From contig CAZCME010000028.1 in the NCBI GenBank assembly GCA_964499705.1, forward strand, positions 1 to 47,851: a stretch of DNA of 47,851 nt, written 5' to 3'. Shown in pieces: positions 10,659 through 20,765 of this stretch. Each line of letters starts with the position of its first letter. The stretch's first letter is position 1. This stretch comes from an uncultured bacterium (GTDB lineage Bacteria; UBA8481). Both the position numbers and the translations under genes were made by a program. The notes under the pieces were generated by a model, which had not been told where the DNA came from, ran no database searches, and saw only the letters and a program-made list of their open reading frames with translations.

Positions 10659-12190
10659 AAACGAATCGCTGGATCGGCTTGCTTCTCCTGGGAATGACCG
10701 TGGCCGTGCCGTCCGGCGCGGATCGGCGTGACGCAGGATCGTCGTCCGGCGACGCTTTGCTGCGCGGCGATGTCGGCGCCAGGCCCGCGGCGTTGGGTGG
10801 CGCGTTTACGTCGTATGCTTCGGGACCGCTTGCTCTGCGCTACAATCCTGCGGGACTCGCCCGGACCGATCAGACGAGGCTCTTTCTCCAGCATGAGGAG
10901 TCGCTCCTCGATATTCGCCGGGAAGAGGCTGCCGCGTCGTGGGCCTTCTGGAACGGCGGAATAGGCGTCAGCATCAGCTATCTCGATTATGGTTCCATCG
11001 ACCGGACGATCAACGAAGCCGTCGCCGTCGCTCGCGGAACAGCGGACGCCAGCGATCTTCTCCTCCGCGCCGGTTACGGCTGGGATGTGAACGACGCTCT
11101 CTCCGTCGGCTTCAACCTCGGTTACTACCATCTCGAACTCGACGACCAGACCGCGCCTGGATTCGTGGCCGATCTCGGAGCGATGTATCGCGTGCCTGCG
11201 GTACAGGGACTGACGCTGGGAGCGTCCTTCCGCAATCTCGGCACGCAACCGAAGTTCACGACCGCGAGCGAAGACCTGCCGAGGACCGTGCAGTTGGGCG
11301 CCTCGTGGAAAGCCAGCCGACTTATCACGGCGATGGCGGATTACGAGTTCATCCGCGATCGCGATGGCGCGTTCCGAGGAGGCATCGAGGTAACGCCTTT
11401 GGAAGCGCTTTCATTGCGCGTTGGATACAATCAAGGCATCGACGCGGACAACGGCCTCACCGTGGGCGCCGGTTTCAAATTCAGTAACATCGAGATCGAC
11501 TACGCATACGCTCCCTTCGGCGAATTCGGCGATGCGCACCGCGTGAGTGCGGAGGTAGCGTTTGGGACGCCGAAGCGCCGCGAGGAAAGGGCGATGTCGA
11601 GCGCAGCGCCGACGACGGAAGCATCTGGTGCGAATCGGCCATTGCGGAGCGTAAAGACTGCCCCGCCTGCCGCGACAGTTCCTCCCGCTATGACAAGCGT
11701 TGCTTCCGATGAGGGACAAATCAGCATGGAGAGTGCATCCGGCATGACGATAGCGCCCGTATCGCCTGTCGCTTCGCCCGCAACGCCCATGCCTGCAACC
11801 GCAATGTCCGCGCCGCGCCGCGTAGCCAAACCATCCGCCGCCGATCTGGAAAGGATGAAGTCCGATGCCGCCGCCGCTCTCGACGCATCCGACTATGAAA
11901 CGGCATCCGAACTGTACGAAAGGGTCCTCGCTCATACGTCCCAGGACGCGACCGCTGTCTATAACCTTGCGACGGCGCAATATCTCTCCGGCGCCTATTC
12001 GTCCGCTGCAGAGAATTACCGTCGTGTCACCGAGCTGAATGCGGGTGACGAGGAGGCGTGGCTTTTCCTGGGATACTCCGATTTCAAGGTTGGTAGACGA
12101 TCAGATGCGGCGGAATCCTGGCGGCAGGTGCTGCGGATCAATCCTTCGAATGCGTTAGCAAGGAAAGCGTTGAGCGCGAATCAGGGCTGA
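10655..12190 (+). CDS. PorV/PorQ-family outer-membrane beta-barrel with Ala/Pro linker and C-terminal TPR domain
   Basis: ATG at 10655 overlaps the upstream TGA (ATGA); signal peptide MKTNRWIGLLLLG; family motifs GARPAALGGAF..YNPAGL and IDYAYAPFGEFGDAHRVS; TPR-like helices (AVYNLATAQY, AWLFLGYSDF, VLRINPSN). Confidence 0.8.
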   Translation: MKTNRWIGLLLLGMTVAVPSGADRRDAGSSSGDALLRGDVGARPAALGGAFTSYASGPLALRYNPAGLARTDQTRLFLQHEESLLDIRREEAAASWAFWNGGIGVSISYLDYGSIDRTINEAVAVARGTADASDLLLRAGYGWDVNDALSVGFNLGYYHLELDDQTAPGFVADLGAMYRVPAVQGLTLGASFRNLGTQPKFTTASEDLPRTVQLGASWKASRLITAMADYEFIRDRDGAFRGGIEVTPLEALSLRVGYNQGIDADNGLTVGAGFKFSNIEIDYAYAPFGEFGDAHRVSAEVAFGTPKRREERAMSSAAPTTEASGANRPLRSVKTAPPAATVPPAMTSVASDEGQISMESASGMTIAPVSPVASPATPMPATAMSAPRRVAKPSAADLERMKSDAAAALDASDYETASELYERVLAHTSQDATAVYNLATAQYLSGAYSSAAENYRRVTELNAGDEEAWLFLGYSDFKVGRRSDAAESWRQVLRINPSNALARKALSANQG

Positions 12191-12239
12191 TGCGTTTGTG
12201 TATCCCGTCTAAATATGTGTGCGACATCACGCCTTCGCT

Positions 12240-12280
12240 TTGACATTCCCCTTGACATGCCCGCCTGAACTTACAAATAT
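12240..12280 (+). promoter_or_regulatory. Putative sigma70 promoter / tandem TTGACAT repeats upstream of the 2336-aa gene
   Basis: Perfect TTGACA at 12240 and 12252 in an AT-rich intergenic region; the -10 element is weak (AAATAT). Confidence 0.3.
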
Positions 12281-12388
12281 CTCATATCTATTCTATATCT
12301 ATCTTATGGTAGGCGCTCGGGTTTCGTCGTGAACTGATTACATGATTCGGTTCGTGAGGGAAGGGCTGATTCAAGAAAGAAGGCGCGA

Positions 12389-15300
12389 TTGGCACTTGGT
12401 TCTCGGCTCAGTGAGAATATTTTGCGAATGTTCCAGCTCGAGCTCTTTTTCGATATTCTCGATAGGAAAAGAATTCGCCTCTATCTATCCATCCTGGTAA
12501 TCCTGTTCCTTCCATTGCTGGCTAACGCTGCAGTCGCTTTGCCGCTCCGCATCCAAGACACGACGACTCAACGATCCTTCCTGGTCTGTAACGGGGAAAC
12601 GCTCACCATTCGTTACCTGGTTGAGGCTGAGACGAGTGCCCCCATCGTTGTGCGGATTTTCAATGACTCAGGAGCTCTCATCCGGACGCTCGGCCCGACT
12701 GACGAGATCACTGGGCAGCACGAGATGATTTGGGATGGCCGCAATGACTTGAACATGCCCGTCGATATTGGCAATTACTTTTATCAGATCGCGCGCAATG
12801 ACGCCGCTCTGGATTCTGATCCGTCGCCCTTGAAAGATGGCCTTAAGGTAGATGCTACTCTCCCGCAGGAAGCCAATGGCGTTTACAGTCCCGCCGTCAT
12901 CCGTCTTTACGACGGGCGCCTTCGCATGTTCTACAGTGGATTTTCACCGGGAGCGAATCATATCCTCTCGGCGATTTCCGTAGATGAAGGCGCGACATGG
13001 ATGAAAGAAGGCGTAAGGTTCCAGGTTTCGGCGTCAACCGGCAGCGGAGGAAATCCGACGGCGACGCGTCTGGATGACGGCCGCGTTCGGATTTACTATG
13101 TCGCGCCGCTCGGTGCTGTTTTCGAGATTCGATCGAAAATCTCCACCGATAGCGGTCTTACTTTTGTCGATGAAGGTTCGCGTCTGCAAGCGGGCCCTGC
13201 CGGAAGTTATGATGCTCAATATCCTACATATCCCGAAATTGTTCGGCTGCCGGTTGGCGGATGGCGATTGTACTACGAAGGATACGATGGAACGTATGGC
13301 AGGATACTCTCCGCCACTTCACCGGACGGATTATTTTTCACAAAAGATAACGGCATTCGCATTGACATTGGCGGGCCCGGTTCATACGACGCGAATCAGG
13401 CAATGTCTCCATCGGTCCGCAGGCTTCTGAATGGGACGTGGGAAATGATCTACGCGGGGAATTCCGGCGGCGGTCCCCGGCTTCTCCGCGCTACATCGCC
13501 GGATGGAACCAACTGGACAAAAGGCTCCGTGCCGTATCTTGTCGGCGGCTCTGGAGAAGGTATCGGCATTTTCGAGCCGGGATTTGCCGAATTGAAAGAC
13601 GGAACGCGAAGAATTCTTTACTCCAGCGCAGCGCCGTACCGCATCTTTTCGGCGACGCAGAGCGAGGGCGAAACAATCATCGCGGTGTGCATCCCGCCCG
13701 AATTTCTACGGCTCCAAAATATTACGACACAGCAAATCTTGTCGCCCGGAGATTTACTGACAGTTCGATACCATGTCGCGGCCGAGACAGTGGAGCCGAT
13801 TGTGGTTCGCGTCTTCGACGAGACGGGGTCTCTCGTTCGAACTCTTGGCCCCGTCCTTCAAGGAGCGGGGCTCCATCAGCAGCTATGGGATGGACGAGAT
13901 GGCTTTGGCATGCTCGTTTCGCCCGGACGGTACAGCTATCAAATTGCGCGAACAGACGCGGCATTCGATACACGACTGGCCTATCTCAAGGAACCAGGCA
14001 TTCGGCTGGACATTCAATCGGGCATGGAAGCCACAGGCGTCTTGGACCCCGCAGTGGTTCGTTTGCCGGGCGGTCAACTCCGAATGTACTACACCGGTTT
14101 TCAGCGGGATGTTGCACTTACACTCATGTCGGCTCTCTCAAATGACGGCGGATTATCGTGGATCCGTGAAGGTTCTCGATTCCAGATGTCGGCGACCAAT
14201 GCTGGTGGCGCGGCTTCCGTGGTTCGTCTCGATGACGGTCGGCTTCGCGTGTATTACGTGGCCCAACCTGGAGCGCAAGTGGAGATTCACTCAGCGGTAA
14301 CATCCGACGGTCTTAATTTCACGCTGGAAGGCAGGCGTCTCGGTCCCGGAACTCCGGGCAGTTATGACGCTGTCTATCCGACATATCCGTTTGTCGTTCG
14401 GCTTCCGGATGGCCGATGGCGCATGTTCTATGCAGGGCTGGATGGGAGCAGATCGCGAATCCTTTCGGCGGTCTCTGATGACGGGCTGACTTTCGACCGG
14501 GACGCCGGTGTGCGTGTGGATGTGGGAGGCCCTTACGACTCCATTCAGGCGTTCGCGCAGTCCGTACGGCGATTGCTCGATGGAAATTGGGAGATGCTTT
14601 ATTCGGGCCAGAATTCTTCGACAACAAGAATTCTTCGCGCGACCTCTACCGACGGTTTCAATTGGGTCAAGGACACGCAGGTCTGGATCGAACCCGGGGT
14701 TCTGCAAGAGCAAGGAGTCTTGAAACCGGAGGTCGTCTATCTGCCAGACGGTACTCGCCGCATCCTTCATCACGGGACGTCGTCCGATCTTTTCTTCCGG
14801 ATCTTCAGCGCATCTGCGAGCGAGGTTGGGACGATCATTGTCGCGCCGTTTATTCCCCAGCCCCTCCGCATCCAGGACTCCACAATTAAGCGATCGTTCC
14901 TGGCCTGCAGCGGGGAAACGCTCGTCATCCGATACCTGGTCGAGGTCGAGACAAGCGCCCCTATTGTTGTACGGATCTATAATGAAACGGGAATTCGTAT
15001 TCGTACATTAGGCCCCGCGGATGAAGTCACGGGGATGTATGTGAAAATCTGGGATGGAATGAATGATACAGGAAACCTTGTTCCGCCCGGATCCTATACG
15101 TATCAGATAGCAGGTCAGGACGCGCCCCTTATCTCAAGTCCCTCTCCCTTGACGGAAGGTTTGAAGATCGGCGTCACCTTTTCGGAAGAATCCGCGGGCG
15201 TCTTCGGGCAGAGTATCATTCGGCCTCGCAACGACCTCCTGAGAATGTACTATAGCGGCTTTCGGGAGGCCTCAACTCATATACTTTCGGCGGTCTCTTC

Positions 15301-18300
15301 GGACATGGGGACGACATGGATAAAGGAAGGAGTGCGTTTTGAAGTGTCCTCGACAACAAGACAGGGCGGCTCGCCTAGCGCCATATTACTCGAGGATGGC
15401 CGGGTTCGACTTTATTATGTGGAATGCGACGGTCCGTCATATGAAATCAAATCGCTTATCTCAAACGACGGTTTGAGTTTCGCATTGGAAGGCGTGTCTC
15501 TCCTCGCCGGATCATTCGCCAGCATTGATTCGGATATATCCTATCCTGACGTGATACGACTACCGGACGGCAGGTGGAGAATGTACTACGATGCGTTTGA
15601 CGGATCGCATGATCGGATCCTGTCCGCGACATCAGATGATGGACTAAGCTTTACGAAGGACGCTGGAATTCGAATCGATGTCGGCCCGGCCGGTTCCATT
15701 GATGCGAGACAAGCCTTGTCACCTTCCGTTCGCCGCCTTCCGGACGGTAGTTTGGAGATGCTTTATTCCGGAAATTCGGGAGATTCTCCCCGAATTCTCC
15801 GGGCAACATCCGCGGACGGACTGACGTGGACAAAAGCCCCGACACCCTTTCTGGCATCGAGTCCAGGCGAAGGGACAGGGCTCTTCGAGCCTGCTGTCGC
15901 GGAACTGCCGGACGGCACGCGAAGGCTGTTCTATTCGAGTCAACAGCCCTATTTGATCTTCTCAGCGCTGCTTACGGAAGCGGATACGATTCTTGCCGCG
16001 CCGTGCACTGGCGTAAACCAGGCTCCCATCGCGCCGGAGCCGGTTCTCGTGGACGGGTCGAGTGGTATCGGGCAGAAGACATGCAATACGGCGCCTGTAA
16101 TCGGATGGACGTTCCGTGATTCGGACGCGGGATCCGGAGATGAGCAAAGCGCATTCGAAGTTCAGATCTCGAACGACTCTATCTTCGGCACGATTCAGAC
16201 GAGCGGAATGGTGAATAGCGGAGCAGGATTGTGGAATACCTCGCCCGCGCTGACGGCGAGCGGGACGTACTGGATCCGCGTCCGGACGTGGGACACTTTA
16301 GGCGGAATTGTCGGGCCGTTCACGAGCGGCCGGGACTCGTTTGTTCTGGACGAGAGCGCGCCCGTTCTGACGATCACGAGCGTTCCGTCCGACACGGTTT
16401 TGTGCGATGACACCGTGACTCTGACCGTGAGTTCAAACGAAGCGCTGGTGGACACGCCGCTGCTGGATGTCCGAGACTCATCGGGGAACGCGATCGCGAT
16501 TGGGACGATCACGCGGATCAGTGCGAGCGAGTATCGGTATGCGACGGTTCCCATCCCTTTGACGATGGCGCTTGGAAATGCGCGTGTGACGGTGACGGCC
16601 ATGGACACGCCATGCCTGAACGGAAGCACGGAGTCGTTGAGTCCTGCTTTCACGGTTGTGGACCAAGCTCCCGCTGCACCGGAACCCATTCTCGTGGACG
16701 GGTTGGGCGGGCTCGGGCAGACGTCCTTTAACCCAGCGCCGGTCATCGGTTGGACGTTCGATGATTCGGATGCGGGATGCGGAGATACGCAGAGCGCGTT
16801 CGAGGTCCAGATCTCGCGAGATTCGCTCTTCAGCGCGATACAGACAAGCGGAAAGGTGAATAGCGGAGCCGAGACGTGGACGGTCTCGCCCGCGCTATCG
16901 GCAAGCGGAACGTACTGGATCCGCGTCCGGACGTGGGATGCGTTTGGAGGAGTGGCTGGGCCGTTCACGAGCGGACTGGACTCGTTTGTCCTGGACACAA
17001 CTCCATTGGCATTTTCCATCATGGCATCCCCGCTGGTCATTGCGGCGTGCGAAACTTCGCATCTTATAATCGTCGCTTCCCACCCCCTTGCGGCTGTTCC
17101 AACGCTTTCGATCGTCGATGCGTCCAATGCGGTCGTTCCCTTTTCCATTGACGGCGCGGGTTCATCCGGCAATCTCTATTCGTTCATCGTCGGGTCGATC
17201 CCGGCGACACTACAGACCGGTTATTGCACGATTACGGCGACGGGGACACGGCTCTCGGATGGATCGGTTGCGACGCAGGCGGAGAACCGCGCCCTCTTTC
17301 TACAGGTCGATCCCTTTCACCTGCGAGTCAATCCCCCTGCGCCGGGGAGGATCCTGCCGGGATTTGAGACGACCAGGATCGCTTTCGAGCTGACGCGCGC
17401 CGCGAGCGTGACGATCGTCGATATGAACACAGGTGGAACTCTCCTCGGGCCGCTTCCTTATTCGTCGGGTGTTCATGAGTTCGATTGGGGCGGCGACGCA
17501 CATAGCAATGAGACGGTCGCAGTGCGAATCTCGGCCGTCGATCTCTGCGTCGGAAGCAGCGACATGGATTCGGTCCAGGTTTTTGTAGAAGGGCCCGGAG
17601 GCGGCACTCCTGCGCCGATTCTCCGGAACTTCGTTCTGACCGAGTCCGTCAGCTTTCCGGCTTCGTTCGTGACGCTGCAGTATATCATCGAACAGAATCC
17701 GCCTGCGGCAACTAAGGAATACGCGACGACACTGAAGGTCATAGATCGTTTTGGCGTTGAGCGCGATTCGGCGGTCTTTATTACGGATTCCGGCGCTCCC
17801 GGCGGTCTGACCAACGTCCATGCCTTTGACGTCTCCGCGCTGACGATGGACGAGCCCTACCTCTTCCTGATTCAGTCGATCCGGACCCAGCCTCCTCTGG
17901 CGAACGGCATGACGAACACGCTCGCCGCCGTGACGGTCGTTCTTCGGAACGACGTCAACCGCGCGGCGGATACGGGAGCGCCTTCTGTCGTCACGGTCAT
18001 GAGCGAGACAACGGGCGTCTCCGTTATGAAGACGTCGATGCCCTCAGCCGGTGCGATCGGCCTGCGCTCGAACGGCGGATTCCTTGCAGGAGACGTGTAC
18101 GAGATCGAACCGTCCGGGACCACGCTGGTGACGCCGGCCGTTGTGAGCTTCCGCGTCACCGGCAACCAGATGCCTGAGAAGCTGGGTATCTACCGGCTCG
18201 ATACCGACGGCGTGTACCAGCCCGAGTCCTCGCTGGTCGATCCGAGAACGAGAACGATCTATGCGGTACGAAGTTCTTTCTCGCGTTATGCGCTCCTCGT

Positions 18301-19399
18301 ACCCGCATATTTGGACGCCACTCCGCCGGACATTCGCAGCGCCGAAATTGCGCCGCGACTCTTCTCTCCGAATGGCGACGGCGTGCTCGACGCCGCGGGG
18401 TTCCGCTTCGACGTTCGCGACAACTTGGTCCGCCCCTTTCCGTCTGCGCGCATCGACATTTTCAACGAGACGGGTGCGACTGTCGGCTCGCTTCTTGGGA
18501 ACGGATCGATCTTCTATGGCGCCAGCTCCTTCTCCTGGAGCGGCGCGATGCAGAATGGACTCGTGCCGCTTTCGGGCCGATACAGCGCGTGCCTCTCGAC
18601 AACCGATATTGCCGGCAACCGCGCGGTGAAGTCGCTGGGCGGATTCACGATCGATGTAAATCCGCCCTCGATCTCGATCGAGATCGAAGGCGATCAGCCC
18701 GGTACTGGGAAGTACGATGAACTCGTTCTGAAGCCGAAAACCATTGTGACGATCGCCGCCGCGGATCAGCTTGCCGGAGTCGCGACGCTCGAGTGGAAGG
18801 TTGATGCTGGAGAATTCCAAGCTTATACGAATTCATTCGCGATCGGAGAGATTCTCGCACGTGCTCGCGGCGATAATCCGAAAGACGACACGCATGTCCT
18901 TGTCGTTCGATCCGTGGATGCCGTCGGCAACGTGGCGGAGACTACGCTCGTATTCCGGCAGGCGTCCAACGGCCAGCCTCGCGGGGAAAGTTCTGTCCAG
19001 ACTATAGAAACGGAGAAGGGAACGCTCCTGATCACCTCGCAGCTTGCGCAGACGCGATTCAGGATCGGAGAAGAGATCGTCCTTCGGATCACCTACACGA
19101 ATCCGCCGGACGTCATGCGTCCGAATAATCCGAATCCGACACCGGACGGAGGTCAGACCCTGATTCGGATCCTCGATGCGAATGGAAATGAAATATCACC
19201 TCAATGCGCGAGGCCTGCTCCCAATCCGCCGAGGATCACGATCGGCAACGGGGAATCCCTCGAGGTCGCCTATCCGATCATTGAGAAGATGTTTCCTGCC
19301 GGGCTGCCCACGGGGCGGTACACCATGGCGATCATGTTCCGCGGCAAGGAAGTAGGAGAGCACCGGTTCGAGGTGCTTGCTGCGTCCCCCTCGCCCTGA
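12389..19399 (+). CDS. Large secreted multidomain protein: 3x (FlgD-type Ig + GH32/43-like beta-propeller), duplicated Ig/FN-like domains, further FlgD-Ig and C-terminal Ig-like domain
   Basis: Hydrophobic signal after RKRIR (start TTG 12389 or ATG 12428); three copies of IWDGxND..G.Y.YQIA followed by blades P.VVRLPDGRWRMYY.G..RILSA.S.DGL.F.KD.G; FSPNGDGVLD FlgD motif near the C-terminus. Confidence 0.75.
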   Translation: MALGSRLSENILRMFQLELFFDILDRKRIRLYLSILVILFLPLLANAAVALPLRIQDTTTQRSFLVCNGETLTIRYLVEAETSAPIVVRIFNDSGALIRTLGPTDEITGQHEMIWDGRNDLNMPVDIGNYFYQIARNDAALDSDPSPLKDGLKVDATLPQEANGVYSPAVIRLYDGRLRMFYSGFSPGANHILSAISVDEGATWMKEGVRFQVSASTGSGGNPTATRLDDGRVRIYYVAPLGAVFEIRSKISTDSGLTFVDEGSRLQAGPAGSYDAQYPTYPEIVRLPVGGWRLYYEGYDGTYGRILSATSPDGLFFTKDNGIRIDIGGPGSYDANQAMSPSVRRLLNGTWEMIYAGNSGGGPRLLRATSPDGTNWTKGSVPYLVGGSGEGIGIFEPGFAELKDGTRRILYSSAAPYRIFSATQSEGETIIAVCIPPEFLRLQNITTQQILSPGDLLTVRYHVAAETVEPIVVRVFDETGSLVRTLGPVLQGAGLHQQLWDGRDGFGMLVSPGRYSYQIARTDAAFDTRLAYLKEPGIRLDIQSGMEATGVLDPAVVRLPGGQLRMYYTGFQRDVALTLMSALSNDGGLSWIREGSRFQMSATNAGGAASVVRLDDGRLRVYYVAQPGAQVEIHSAVTSDGLNFTLEGRRLGPGTPGSYDAVYPTYPFVVRLPDGRWRMFYAGLDGSRSRILSAVSDDGLTFDRDAGVRVDVGGPYDSIQAFAQSVRRLLDGNWEMLYSGQNSSTTRILRATSTDGFNWVKDTQVWIEPGVLQEQGVLKPEVVYLPDGTRRILHHGTSSDLFFRIFSASASEVGTIIVAPFIPQPLRIQDSTIKRSFLACSGETLVIRYLVEVETSAPIVVRIYNETGIRIRTLGPADEVTGMYVKIWDGMNDTGNLVPPGSYTYQIAGQDAPLISSPSPLTEGLKIGVTFSEESAGVFGQSIIRPRNDLLRMYYSGFREASTHILSAVSSDMGTTWIKEGVRFEVSSTTRQGGSPSAILLEDGRVRLYYVECDGPSYEIKSLISNDGLSFALEGVSLLAGSFASIDSDISYPDVIRLPDGRWRMYYDAFDGSHDRILSATSDDGLSFTKDAGIRIDVGPAGSIDARQALSPSVRRLPDGSLEMLYSGNSGDSPRILRATSADGLTWTKAPTPFLASSPGEGTGLFEPAVAELPDGTRRLFYSSQQPYLIFSALLTEADTILAAPCTGVNQAPIAPEPVLVDGSSGIGQKTCNTAPVIGWTFRDSDAGSGDEQSAFEVQISNDSIFGTIQTSGMVNSGAGLWNTSPALTASGTYWIRVRTWDTLGGIVGPFTSGRDSFVLDESAPVLTITSVPSDTVLCDDTVTLTVSSNEALVDTPLLDVRDSSGNAIAIGTITRISASEYRYATVPIPLTMALGNARVTVTAMDTPCLNGSTESLSPAFTVVDQAPAAPEPILVDGLGGLGQTSFNPAPVIGWTFDDSDAGCGDTQSAFEVQISRDSLFSAIQTSGKVNSGAETWTVSPALSASGTYWIRVRTWDAFGGVAGPFTSGLDSFVLDTTPLAFSIMASPLVIAACETSHLIIVASHPLAAVPTLSIVDASNAVVPFSIDGAGSSGNLYSFIVGSIPATLQTGYCTITATGTRLSDGSVATQAENRALFLQVDPFHLRVNPPAPGRILPGFETTRIAFELTRAASVTIVDMNTGGTLLGPLPYSSGVHEFDWGGDAHSNETVAVRISAVDLCVGSSDMDSVQVFVEGPGGGTPAPILRNFVLTESVSFPASFVTLQYIIEQNPPAATKEYATTLKVIDRFGVERDSAVFITDSGAPGGLTNVHAFDVSALTMDEPYLFLIQSIRTQPPLANGMTNTLAAVTVVLRNDVNRAADTGAPSVVTVMSETTGVSVMKTSMPSAGAIGLRSNGGFLAGDVYEIEPSGTTLVTPAVVSFRVTGNQMPEKLGIYRLDTDGVYQPESSLVDPRTRTIYAVRSSFSRYALLVPAYLDATPPDIRSAEIAPRLFSPNGDGVLDAAGFRFDVRDNLVRPFPSARIDIFNETGATVGSLLGNGSIFYGASSFSWSGAMQNGLVPLSGRYSACLSTTDIAGNRAVKSLGGFTIDVNPPSISIEIEGDQPGTGKYDELVLKPKTIVTIAAADQLAGVATLEWKVDAGEFQAYTNSFAIGEILARARGDNPKDDTHVLVVRSVDAVGNVAETTLVFRQASNGQPRGESSVQTIETEKGTLLITSQLAQTRFRIGEEIVLRITYTNPPDVMRPNNPNPTPDGGQTLIRILDANGNEISPQCARPAPNPPRITIGNGESLEVAYPIIEKMFPAGLPTGRYTMAIMFRGKEVGEHRFEVLAASPSP
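16019..16996 (+). repeat. Intragenic direct repeat 16019-16351 / 16664-16996 (offset 645 bp)
   Basis: Two copies of QAP.APEP.LVDG..APVIGWTF.DSDAG.GD.QSAFEVQIS..SGTYWIRVRTWD..GPFTSG.DSFVLD with high DNA identity. Confidence 0.85.
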
Positions 19400-19473
19400 T
19401 CCTCTCTCCCGACTTTCAGGGATAGGAGGAAGACACCCGAACTCTCATTCTTCCTTTCGCCGCGCGAGTCCGC

Positions 19474-19728
19474 CTCTCGTTTCGGCAATTTCTCAAGGCG
19501 CGTGGCGTGGACATTTCCCGCACGCATGACGCCACCCGCGCTACGCTTCGGCACCGCTTCGCCGAAAATATCTGGTGGGGCGGATTTCCTGAGGTGGTTC
19601 AAGCAGGAGCGGATTTAGAGCGCACAAAGATTCTCAAGGTGTATTTCGACGAGATGTTCTTCAAGGATCTCATCGAGCGATTCTAGATTGCGAACCCGCT
19701 GCTCCTGTCGGCGCTCATCTGCCGAGGC
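19474..19728 (+). pseudogene. Fragment of an AAA_14/DUF4143-type ATP-binding protein gene
   Basis: Manual translation LSFRQFLKARG..WWGGFPEVV..KILKVYFDEMFFKDLIERF*IANPLLL resembles the family motifs LSFxEFL, GGFPEV, DxxER; no start codon; in-frame TAG at 19684. Confidence 0.65.
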
Positions 19729-20079
19729 TTATTTCAGAATGGCCAGCGTATACTCCAGCAGCGCCAGGTCGTCATCCAGACCGTGTTCCAGCTTGTCCGG
19801 GATGCAATCCAGGTTCTGGATGAAATACAGGAGCGCGACGACGGCTGCCTCGTAATCATCCGATTCATCCCTGGCGGATTTCGCGACGAGGATATAGAGC
19901 GCGTCGGCGGCCTCCAGTATTCCCGCGGGGGTATCCGCGCGGCCCACGAGCATTTTCTTCTTGAGCGGATACGACGCCACGACGCGGTTCCGGACGTTGA
20001 CGCCCGCCTCCCTGTAGATCTGGAATGCTTTCGACCGGATGGCGCGGATGTCATGTTCTGTTCCGGATTCGAGCGGCAT
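19729..20079 (-). CDS. YkvA/DUF1232 family small protein
   Basis: ALLYFIQNLDCIPD..GLDDDLALL motif; ATG at 20079 with GGAGG RBS. Confidence 0.7.
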   Translation of the reverse strand: MPLESGTEHDIRAIRSKAFQIYREAGVNVRNRVVASYPLKKKMLVGRADTPAGILEAADALYILVAKSARDESDDYEAAVVALLYFIQNLDCIPDKLEHGLDDDLALLEYTLAILK

Positions 20080-20117
20080 GTGACCTCCGGCGTTTATCCT
20101 GTTACATTGGTCGCGCG

Positions 20118-20747
20118 ATGTCCAGCCCATCCTTGAAAGAGACGCGCCCGTTTCATGACGTGAAATTCGTCAAGGGCGCCGTGTCGCATCTGCATTTTCC
20201 CGCGGACGATCGGCCCTTCGTCCTCTTCGCGGGCCGGTCCAACTGCGGAAAATCGTCGCTCCTGAACGCCCTCGCCCAGAGACATAATCTCGCGCGCGTT
20301 TCGAAAACGCCCGGCCGGACCACGGAGGCGAATTTCTTCGACGTCTCGGGACGGTTTTATCTGGTCGATCTGCCGGGATATGGTTTCGCCGCGGCGGCGC
20401 GTGCCAAGCGTGCCGAATGGGACGCTCTGGCCGCCGACCTCTTCGCCGATCCCCGGACGAGAATTGTGCTTCTGCTCATTGATATTCGTCGCATGCCGGA
20501 CGAGAATGACAGGGCGCTCATCGAATTCGCCAGATCGCGCGGCCGAACACTGCGTTACGTCCTGACCCGCCGAGACAAGATTGGACGCGGCGAATTCTCT
20601 CGGGTAATGTCCGCGTGGCGACGTGAATGGGGCATCAATGAGCTCTCCGTCGCAAGCGTCCCTTGCTTCGTAACATCCTCCAAGACGAAGGAAGGAATTG
20701 CGGAGTTGGCGAAGGCGATCGAGGAATATGCCGCGCCGGCCCCATGA
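20118..20747 (+). CDS. engB: Ribosome biogenesis GTP-binding protein YihA/YsxC
   Basis: GRSNCGKSSLLN, ARVSKTPGRT, LVDLPGYG, LLIDIRR motifs; likely start ATG 20118. Confidence 0.93.
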   Translation: MSSPSLKETRPFHDVKFVKGAVSHLHFPADDRPFVLFAGRSNCGKSSLLNALAQRHNLARVSKTPGRTTEANFFDVSGRFYLVDLPGYGFAAAARAKRAEWDALAADLFADPRTRIVLLLIDIRRMPDENDRALIEFARSRGRTLRYVLTRRDKIGRGEFSRVMSAWRREWGINELSVASVPCFVTSSKTKEGIAELAKAIEEYAAPAP

Positions 20748-20765
20748 CTGAGAAAGGATAGAACA

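Noticed and set aside
19684-19686. In-frame TAG as pyrrolysine or readthrough
   Set aside because: The fragment lacks a start and both ends, and TAG ends serA, the porin gene and pstS normally.
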